DNA from: an uncultured virus (IMG/VR IMGVR_UViG_3300031999_000013)
Lineage: Duplodnaviria > Heunggongvirae > Uroviricota > Caudoviricetes
Length of the DNA: 64,000 nt
Virus record (IMG/VR): IMGVR_UViG_3300031999_000013
Direction: 5' to 3' (one strand)
The translations under genes and the position numbers were made by a program. Positions 29,009-39,500 of this stretch are shown here, piece by piece. The notes beneath the pieces were generated by a model. It was not told the DNA's origin. It ran no database searches and was given only the letters and a program-made list of their open reading frames with translations. Every line of letters starts with the position of its first letter. Positions within the stretch are counted from its first letter, which is position 1.

Positions 29009-30595
29009 GTGGCCGCCCTCGATAGCGATCCACTTGATTACAGCGCGCGCTACAACGCGACGCTGACTCCGGAGGAGGAGGCCAAGTTTCAAGCATGGGC
29101 AAAGGATCACCCGAAGCAGGCGCGAGACACGTACGACTACGACGTCCGCGGCGCATGGAAAGCGAACCTTGTTGCGGAGCCCGGCAAACACGGGACCGAT
29201 CGTTTCAAGAAACCCAACCACCCAACCTTCTCGACCCAGAGCGACCTGAATGGGAAAGAAGGGTTGCGGGGTGGCGTATGGGGCGAAGACAAGAGCGGGC
29301 AGGTGCAGTTCACCCCGTCAAAATTGAATCTACAAATGCATTCACCGGAAGAACTCGCGCGCTACTTCAAGGAGCGAGAGCCCGGCGTAAAGTTGGTACT
29401 GCCGGAGGATCACATGGATAGTCAAGGCCTCATGACCAAACAGCCTGACGGAAGTTATGAGGTGCGCCCCGGTGGCGCGCCTCTGACTGGGACGCAGGGG
29501 ATTGGTGTGCTGAATCCAGCAAGCATTTCCGCCAACAGAGCAAAAGACCCGGCGCTCGCTATGGCGGATGCCGGCTCTAGCCCAACCTTGACCGCTGCCG
29601 CAAACGCAGCCCCGTTGGCAACGGCCGGAGGGAAGCCGGGGGTGCTGCCAAACAATCCAGCTCAGCCGCAAGCGGCGGCCGACCCGAAAGCCAAAGCAAT
29701 GACACAGAAGGCGATCGATGATTCGACGCACGTAGTCAAGACCGCTTCCCCGAAGGTCGCGCGTGATGTAACCCAGCAGTTCAGGGAAATGGGCGTAGAC
29801 ATCGCCGCTGCGTACAACGAGATGATCAAGAAGCTTGGCGGATTCAAGACGCCTGACCTGAAGATGAGCGAGTCCGATAAGGGTCTCTTCCTCATGGACT
29901 TCGGTCTTCGCCTGATGGCGAACTCGAACGGCTACTGGACCGAAAACGTTGGCAAAGCGGGCATGGGGACGCTGGCTGACTACAAGAGCGAGATGGACAG
30001 TCGCACCAAGGCTGCCACCGACTACAACACTGAGCTGGGCAAGACCGCTGGAGCGCTTGCAGAAAGGCAGAACACGGGACAGATGGCGGCGCTGGGCGAT
30101 ACGTCAATCGTCGGCGACGCGCAGGGCGGCGCGGTTGAATACAACCCATCGCTGGGCGTTCTCGGTGGGGCCTACAACCCAGACACTGGCGCGCCATTGA
30201 ATGCGACCGGGCCAAGGGGCGCGGCCGGAAGGGCTCCGCCGCGTCCGCTCGCCGTTCAGGTGAAATACCAGATGCTGCTCGATGCTGGATATACGCCAGC
30301 CCGAGCGGCCGAGACGGCCATCTCCGGTCTCACTGACGATAAGAAGTGGATGGATGCGATGAAGGGTTACCTTGCCGCGTCTCAGTACACGGCGGAGTTC
30401 AACGTCGATGGCCGCGTGATTCCAAAAGACCAGATGACCGACGAGGACATCAACAAGTGGATCGCCAAGACGTACAAACTCAGCGGTCAAAGCGTCGTCA
30501 ACCCGAATCCTGCGGCACCCGGCGCGCCACCCGGCGCAGCGCCCGCCCTCGACCCTGCGTATGAAGCGAAGCTGAAAGAAGCTGGCGTACTGTGA
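29009..30595 (+). CDS. internal virion/ejection protein with extra N-terminal domain
   Basis: N-domain YD.RG.W...H..D..KKPNHPTFS; LMDFGL.LMA; between pilot and giant protein. Confidence 0.65.
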   Translation: MAALDSDPLDYSARYNATLTPEEEAKFQAWAKDHPKQARDTYDYDVRGAWKANLVAEPGKHGTDRFKKPNHPTFSTQSDLNGKEGLRGGVWGEDKSGQVQFTPSKLNLQMHSPEELARYFKEREPGVKLVLPEDHMDSQGLMTKQPDGSYEVRPGGAPLTGTQGIGVLNPASISANRAKDPALAMADAGSSPTLTAAANAAPLATAGGKPGVLPNNPAQPQAAADPKAKAMTQKAIDDSTHVVKTASPKVARDVTQQFREMGVDIAAAYNEMIKKLGGFKTPDLKMSESDKGLFLMDFGLRLMANSNGYWTENVGKAGMGTLADYKSEMDSRTKAATDYNTELGKTAGALAERQNTGQMAALGDTSIVGDAQGGAVEYNPSLGVLGGAYNPDTGAPLNATGPRGAAGRAPPRPLAVQVKYQMLLDAGYTPARAAETAISGLTDDKKWMDAMKGYLAASQYTAEFNVDGRVIPKDQMTDEDINKWIAKTYKLSGQSVVNPNPAAPGAPPGAAPALDPAYEAKLKEAGVL

Positions 30596-33500
30596 ACGAA
30601 GAAGAGCTTCGTAAGCTTGCTCAAGAGGCGCATCAACGCGGAGATAAGCCGCACGCTCTGGCGCTCGCCAACAAGATCCTTGAGCTGCGCAAGGCGAGTT
30701 CCGCGCCCGGCGAGCCAGCGCTCGGAACTGCTGGCGATCTCGGCAAGTCGGCGGAGATCAGCGCGCTTATGCCTGTGTCGAGCACGCTCGACACCCTTGA
30801 GCGCGGCTCCCGTCAATTCGACCGCACAGCCAAGGGCGCTCTTTGGTCCGACGAAGGCGGCGTTCTTGATCCGGTAAACGTGAAGGACACTATGGGGACC
30901 GCCCTTTGGGGCGCTAACCAAGTCCTCAACGTAGGTACGGCGCTCGCCGGCAAGGCGTACACCGCCATTCGTGGCGAGAAGCCGCCAGAGTCGAAGTTCC
31001 TCAGCGACAAGATGGAACAGCTGAAGGCTGAGCGTAGCGCCCCTGTGAAGGCGCAGTACGACTCGGTGATGGATGCTGCGAACAATTCCGACAGCATCAT
31101 CGACTTCGTGAAAAAGGCCCCGTCTCCCCTTGATGCGGGGGCGGGCTACTTCCACGCGTTCGTTGAACAGATCGGCAATACCGCTGCGTCGATGGTGGCA
31201 ACCAAGGGCGCATCAATGATTAAGGCTGCGCGCGTACGCAGCAAAATGGCAAAGCTCGGTGCTACCAGCGAAGAGGTTCGTAGACAGGTTCTGAAGGACG
31301 CAACCGCGGTTGGTGTCGCTGTCGGAACCGCGACTGAGTACCAGATGGTTGCGAGTCAGGTTGGTCAACAGATCGACCAGCAGATGATGGCGATGCCGCA
31401 GTCGTCGTGGGACAAGAACGAGGACTACAAGAGGCTTCGCGAACACACCACCGATCAGGAGGCCAAACAGATCGTCACCGATCGCTTGGCTCGGCAGTAC
31501 GGGCGCATCGCTGGCGTTGGCTCTGCGCTCATCAACATGCCCTTCTCTACCATGCTGGCGAAAGCTGGGGCCGGCAAAGGCGGGCTCAAGCATTGGGCTC
31601 TGGGCACCGCCACGGAAACAGTCAGCGAGGGGTCGCAAGAGTTCTGGGAAGGATTCAACCAGAACCTCGCCGCACAGAAAGTGGATCCAGATACCGAGCT
31701 GCTGAAGGGGCTCGGCGGTCAGGCCGCGTTCGGCGCGTTGATGGGCGGAGCGATGGGCGCTGTCGCATCGGTCTCGCCACGCTCGAAGGACGAGAAGGAT
31801 CTCGCGAAGGCCGGCATCGATGACTACGAGAAAGCAGTAAAGGTCCGCGCCAAGCTTGAGCAGACCATGCGCGAGCCGAAGACCTACAACAAGATGTCTC
31901 CGGCGCAAAAGATCGAGACATTCCGAAAGCTTGAAGACGCGCAGCTGAAGGAGAACGAACACTTCCTTGATGTCGCGAAGGGGATGCGCAAGATCCTCAC
32001 GCGCAACGATGCTCAGCCCGAAGAGTTCGATCAGATCGACGTGCTTGAGAAGATCGCGCGCGATCATATCGACAGGATCACATCGAAGCGCGAGATCCTG
32101 AAGACCGCCGCCGAGGAATCCTCCCGCCAACAAGCTGTCGCTGACCAAGTTACTGAGCTGCGCAGCGCGCGCGATCAAGGGCTCGCTTCTATAGACGACG
32201 AGAAGCGGTGGCTCGGCAGCCTGCAGCATCTGGCGGGCGGTAATGTTCTTGAAGAAGAGGCGGCCAAGGAGTTGCTCGGTAAGAAGTGGATCCGTTACCC
32301 GGACCTGACTAAGAGCCACGCTGTGCTCACCCCTTCGGGTCGGCGCGCAATCTCTGGTCTTACGCTATCGATTCAGAATCACGAGGGGCAGGGCGCGCGC
32401 ACTGAAGCCGCTCTGGAGACCGTCTCGGAAACGAAACAGCCGGTTCCGGAAGTTCCGACAGAGCGCCGCGTCAACGAAAACGTGGACCGCCGCGCCAAGC
32501 TTGAGGAGATGAAGAAGCTCGATCCGGAGGCGTTCCATCGAGAGATCTTCGTCGACAAGAAGAGCGGGATCCTGAACAAGCGCGCCTACGTTGAGGCAGA
32601 GAAGACACCTTCCCCGCACACAGTGTCGATCGACGCTGACTCCCTCGCGTGGGTGAACGACAACATGTCGCACCTGAAGGGCGACGAGATGCTGGAACGC
32701 ATTGGCCGCGTCCTTGGCGAGGAGTTCGGGGAGGACGCGTATCACGTCTCAGGAGATGAATTCATTGTCCGCGGAGACGACGCCGCCAAGCTCGAAGAGG
32801 GCATGCAGCGCGCCAAGCTTCGCCTGCGCCGGATGCGCGTACAGGACGCGCAGCGTGTTGTTACGCCAAGCATCACGTGGGGCATTGGCGCAAACAGAGA
32901 AGCCGCTGACGTCGTGATGAACGAGGCCAAGGTGCGCCGCCTGAAAGAAGGCAAGCGCGCCGACCGTAAGTTGCCGCCCGTTGGTATGCGGCCAAAGCCC
33001 AATGCGGCTGCCGCTGCAGGGGCAACAACCGAGCAGACGACCGACGTACCTCCGGTGCCGCCAGATGTATTGGCGTCGGAGGACAACCTCGACGACGACG
33101 AAGCTTGGAAGGAAGAGGTGACCGAGACGGCCCTTACGGCGTCGACCTTCGCTGAGCGCATGCGCAGCATGGCGATGAAGATGCGCAACCTCTACAAGGC
33201 ATCAGTCGGAGAGCAGCGCGCGCTCGAAGACAGTCCTACCGCTCCACAATTCAACACGCGTCGACTTACGGATCTCGCTGCCGAATGGCGGATCCTGCAG
33301 GCGCAGGCGGTCGACGAATTCGAGGCGTGGCGTTATGAGGTCACTCCCGATACGGAGCTGAATGAGGCGCTCGTCGCCAAAGCGCGTTTCCGATATCACA
33401 ACCTGCCGGCAAACATCCGCGCGGTTTACGACGGCAAGGCTCGCGACTTCTACAGCTTGATCCTTGCGGAGCCATTCCTGACCGGGCAGGACGCGTGGGT

Positions 33501-36500
33501 GATCGAGTACACGGGCCTGCTTGCGTATCGCGTTTGGGATGAGACTTTGCTCGCTCGACAGCTGAAGCTCCCCGCCCCGATGACGACAATCGGTGGCGGT
33601 AAATTCACGCACGGCATCATCTCAACGTCAGACATGGCTGAGCGTATACGGCAGCTCGTGCAGGACTCGGGTGATGCGTACGCTGAAAATGATGCGAACA
33701 ATCAATTCCTGAGCGAGTTCCTGCTCAGTGATCTGCGCAAAGAGGCGACCAACCGCAACCGTCAGCTACAGATCAAACCAGACGAGGCGAAGTGGTCGTC
33801 CATTCACCTGCAGCCGGAAGGCGCGGTGCGCCCAGTGACTGCCGCGGACGTGTTGATCTATCGCGTCGAGCGCTACATCACCAAGGGTTACGAGAGCGGC
33901 GGGCAGCACCCGTTCGTTATCAACCAGAAAGAGATGACGGCATATCGTGAATCCGACGACAAGCTTGCGTCGTGGTACGCGCGCATGCACGCCGCAACCG
34001 ACTCGGTCATGGCTCCGGGGTTTTACGACAGGGTTGCAAAGGGGCGATACATCGAAGTAGCGGTGGGCGGAAAGTCCGTTCGAGGCAGAGTCATCTCATC
34101 CACCGAAAAGGCGCTCACCGTAGAGTGGGTTGGCCCGCAGGCGTGGGATCCGGATGAGGGGCAGGTCTCGAACACCGCTCGATTCGCCAAGTCGACTGGA
34201 CTCCAGATCAGTCAGCGCGTTTCGAAGGATGGAATTCCAATTGATGAGCAGATGTTCCGTTGGCCCGGACAGGCTCGGCTTGGTCGCATCCATGTCAATG
34301 GGCACTGGCGCACCGCAAGGGAACTAAGCAGAGAGATTGACGCGCTCGACAAGGAGATCGAGAACCGCATGCCGCGCACGCTCCAAAGCTGGCGCGCAGG
34401 TCAGCGGAAGAACTCCGCAACGAGTGAGGAGCACGCGGCTGCGGAAGCGATCATTCGCAACATGACGGCGGGGATCAACCTCCCGGCTGACTACATCTAT
34501 GCTCATTCGAATGGCACGACCATCCCAAGGGCGATGCAGGGATGGCAGGCGAACCGACCCAACGCGAGACGCTATGGATGGTGGGACCAGAACGACGTCT
34601 CTGACGGAATTCATCTGGTGCTCAGCGACATCAAGAAGGGCGTTGAGGCCGGCGTGTTCCCCAGCTTCGAGCACGGTGTTGCAGAGACGATTGCTCACGA
34701 GCTGTTCGGCCACTTCGGAATCCGCGGTCTCATCGGTAATGACCCAGATCTGATCAACATCATGAAGGCGGTAGTCGAGGCGTTCCCGCAGGAAGCCGCC
34801 TACTTCGCGTCCGAGTTCGGGTACACGCCACAGGTTGCTGGTGAAGAGATCATCGCCGCGCTCGCGCAGCGAATACTGATCGACAACATGAAGCTGTCGA
34901 CCAAGCAGTTGAGCATCTGGAAGAAGTTCTTGTTCTGGTTGCGCGAGGCGATGGCGAAGCGTGGCTGGCACAAATGGATGAAGGGTCCGCTCGCGTTCAA
35001 CGACGAGCAGCTTGGCTACATGGTTGCGCGCGCTCAGGAGGCGCTGCAGCGATCGGCCAACTGGAAGTACAAGCACGGCGAAGGGCGCGTCAGCACGCCG
35101 CTGTCGATGCGCGACAGCGATATGTTCCAGTCTGCCCTGCTGCACGACATGAGTCGCTTCCGCCCGACCAGCAAAGCGGAACGCAAGGCCGGCATGCCGG
35201 TTGGTGTGCCAGTCATTCCCGATGAGGCCACCGCTGGGGGATTCCTCAACGCATTCCGTGCGCTGATCAAGGACAAGGACAGCGCCGTCAAGCAGCTGGA
35301 CCTTGATACCGCCGCGCTTGAGGAGTGGCTGGAGAATCTGCGTAACGCGGACGTCTTGGCTTACGCTCCAGAACAACTCGAACAGATCATTGGCGAGGTT
35401 CCGAATGACGTCAAAGAATTCGCTGCTGGGCTGATCAACCCGGCGCTATCAGTAAGCCAAGGCATGGCTGTTGTGATGGGTCTGCAGGAGTGGGCTTCGA
35501 AACCTCTTCATAAGAAGGCGCGCATTCCATCGAGCATGATCGAGACGTATTTGATTGACGCAGTTCCAGAAGTGATGGTTCACCCAGCTGCCGGCTACCG
35601 TAACGGTGACTACAACCCGTTGGTTGGCCGCGACGACGAGGGCAACTGGCTGCCTGATCCCGCGATGGATCCCGGCAATCCGCAAGGTGAAGGCGTTGGT
35701 TGGTGGAGCACCGCGCTATCCGGCAAGAACGTGCGCAACTACTTGCTGGCGCAGGTCAATCCGAAAACACGCGCCCCGTATGTCGAGCCGCACTGGACCA
35801 AAGCACCGAAGTCGAAGGGAGAGAACGTCTATCTGCACATTCGTGTGTCTGATACTCAGGATGCTGAGGCGGTATTCGGCACAGCGACCCCCGCCCCGAA
35901 CCCAGCCAAGACGGGGCGTGCGTATCACGTTGGCGAGGTGCAGTCGACGTGGAATCAAAACCAAGGTCGCTTCATTCAAGGGGAGATGGACAAGCGCAAC
36001 ACGCAAGCGATGGCGCATATGGTCTCGCGCGAGCTGGCGGCTGGCGGCTTGAATGGATTGTTTGGGGAGATCGGGCGACAGCTTGCCGCAGGGGTTGAGT
36101 TCGGTCACGAGAAAGCGAAGAAGATGCGGGCGGAGAACGACGGGACCAGCACCTTCTACCGCGCCCTGCAAAAAGCACAGCTGAAAAACTACGCGTCGCA
36201 CATCGAGAAGACCAAGCTTGAGGCACAGCGTTCGCTTCGAATTCTTAGCGAAAAAACGATCAGCCCAAACGATATCCGGTGGGACGAGTTCAAGCGCCTG
36301 AGCGTGATGATCGCTTCATACGACAACCTGATCGAAATCTTGGAAGATAAGTTTGATCCGGTTGGCCGTCACAACCCTAATGGGGCGCTCGATTTTCCAG
36401 AGACGCAGGAGTCTTTGCGGTCGATATTCGGCAACATCACGCAGATGTTCTTGAACGGAAACACCGAACACACGCACGCGGCATTTCTTGCCGGTGACGA

Positions 36501-39500
36501 CATCCTGTTTGAGCGATTCGCCAATTCGCTCCTTGGGTTCTTTGCGGCAGGCGGCGGCCTTCAGACGGGCGACAAGAAGGGTTATGACGCGCTCGGCGAC
36601 GTTATCGAAAAGCTGAAGTCGGAGCGCGCGCTGGGCGATTCGTTGCGCATCGTGATTCCCGATGGCGTGTTGCCGTGGACGCGCGAGATTCGGGCGCAGG
36701 GGCAAGTAGGGCCGGCAGCCAACCCGTTTGAGTACGTGTGGACGAGCCTCGGGCTCAAGTACTCCATGAAGGATATCTTGCGAGGCAAGTCGTTGGACCT
36801 TGGTGTACCGCTGAGAGACGCGGACATCTGCGGCGACATGTTGATGAGTTCAACCGCCGTATCGCAAGCCTCCAACGGCGACATGGTCATCGACATTCCG
36901 TGGGGTTCCAATTTCGAGGCGAACCTGCTTGAGCGGAGAGTAGCCGGGAAGATCTTCGAAGCTGGCTTTCGCGAAGCGTTCGCCGATCTCGCCAGACTTA
37001 CCGAGCATGGTCGCGAAGAAGACGACCGTATGCGTACGAGTTCGATCGTGAACGTACTTCGCAACGCGTCAATGCGCAACGAGGAGCAGTGGGCCGACAC
37101 CATCGCCGGAAAGATGATGAACACCACGGGCCACATGACAGCGCCGCGGCACATCCCGCGGGTATCGACGCTGATGTCTGGATTCCCTGTTCGCGCCCTG
37201 AACGCGCTCGCCAAAGAGGATGTGGATGTTCGAAACCAACTCGACAATTTGCACCTTGGCGGCATTCCATCGCTCGAAGAGTTTTCCGAAGATTGGGTGG
37301 GTTCCGTTCTGTTCTACTACGTCCTCAATCCACCAGAGGATGACCCGAAGATCTGGAGTCGCATAAGCGACGAAAACGGGCCGCTCGACGAAAGGAACAC
37401 GGAATATCTCCTGACGTTGGCCGAGGTATCGGATACCAAGATTCCGTTGGATGAGGCCAAGAGCGCGCTGGAAAGCGCGCGTCGCAAGTGGCTCATGGAC
37501 CAGCACCTCCATGTTTCCGACCAAGACAACGAGCACGCATTGTTTGTGTACGCGCGGCAAGAGACCGCCTCGCGTTGGTTCAATCTTGAGGGCGGAACTG
37601 TCCTAAGGACCGTTCCCAGAAAGTGGGACAAACAAACCGGCGTGGTGACAGCGTCGTATCAGGTCTACGTGACCGCTGTTGATACGGATCAAGAGGGTGT
37701 GTTCGGGCCAACGAATGTCAAAGGTTGGTTCATCTACGACGACCTCTACAATCGAATCGATCAGGATACCGTCTTCGACACTGACGACGACATGACGCAG
37801 GTGCGCAGCGAGGCCGCTAGAAAGCTTACGACGCTATGGATGTACCACGAGGTCTTGCCTGAGCTGAGCGTCATGCAGAGCCTGTACGGCGACAACCTCG
37901 CCCACCACAGCGCTCATGAAGCAATTGCTTGGCTTCCCGAGAAACTTGACTGGGAGGCGGTAGCAAAAAATCTCACCGAGAAGACGCAATACATTTCGGT
38001 CCACGATCCCGCCGACTTCAAGAAGGTCTACAAGCAGGTTCGCGATGCCGCGACTAAGTCGGCCATGGGGGTGGATCAATACGCCGTCGACGAATCCGTG
38101 TTCAGCCACGATGACGTGTGGCGCACGCACGCGCTCAAATTCATTCTCATGGATGCGATCCGTCATGGCTACGCAAAGATCCAGTGGCAGCCGGGCGAGG
38201 CCAACACGTCGCGCGGAGGGGTGAGCCCGAACCTGATCGACAATGTCGACAGTATCAAGTTCAGGCGTGCGCAGATGGACGGGAAAGAAGTCTACGTCGT
38301 CAAGTACCACGCTGAGCAGATCTACATTCCGACAGAGTCGCTAGACGCTGTGTTCGGAATTGATGTCGCCGACTTCATGAAGAAAGCGGTTCCTCCTGAA
38401 GGGCCGGCAATAGACGCCCCGATACTCTCCGTCTCGAAGGCTGGTGACAGATGGGTGGTGATCGATAAGTCCGATCGCATCTACCAACCGTACAACACTG
38501 GCGCGGTGGTAGCGACCTTCGATACAGCGGAAGAGGCGTGGGGCTATGCGGGAGAGCGAGCGGCTCAGCCCGGTGAGGTTCAGGCCAACAAGCCTGTGTA
38601 CATGAGCGCTACGCGCGCCGACTTCAACGGCCCCATCAATGTCGTGCTCGCGCGCAGGTCAAACGACAAATTTGACCCCATGTCGAGTTTCATTCCGCAC
38701 AACGCGCGCGTTATTCAGGGCGGCCGGATCGCATACGACAGGGCGCTGGTGAAGACGTGGAATAAGTACCTGAAGAACTTCGGCGTTCAGATCTCCTCCG
38801 GCGCTGCAGCTGTCACAGAGGAGGCTGCCCAAAAGGCGATCAAGGGCGAGGGCGGCAGGCGCGTCAACTTCATCACGCCGGCATACGAGAACGCGTATCC
38901 GAACCCGCGCGTGGCGAAGCTCGATGGGGAAGACCTCTACGTGCTGTTGTCCGACAACAAGCAGATCGACAACACGGTTTATCAAAACGAAGAGGCGGCC
39001 TACATAGCGCTCGAAGCGAGGATCGCTGCGTGGGGCGGGTCGATCGATAGGGAGAAGGTCAACAAGGCGATCAAGGTCCACGAGATCGTGATCAACGATG
39101 CGTTGCGCGAGTACTTCAAGGAAGGCTCGATCCCGCTGTTCCACCAGAACCCAACGCAGCCGCCTAACAGGCTGACGGCCGAAGAGCGGCTGATGACAAA
39201 GGTTGGGGTCAAGAGGCAGAAGCGCCCCTTGAAGCAAGTGGTTGGCGAGGCGATGGAAAACATCCGCAACATCGCGCACCAGAGAATCTTCGATCGCTTC
39301 CATGGAATCAGGCAGGCGTTCGTTGACGCGCAGCTGTGGGACACGGTAGCTGACGAGAAGAACCCGTACTTTGCTGCGCGCCTTGGAACCAGTCTCGACT
39401 CGCACGTGAAGTCGGCGCTTGAGTACGGCGTTCCGGTTTGGAAAAACGGCGTGTTCTCAGCCGATGGCAAGGGGTTGCTGGAGGTACTCAGCCCCATTGC

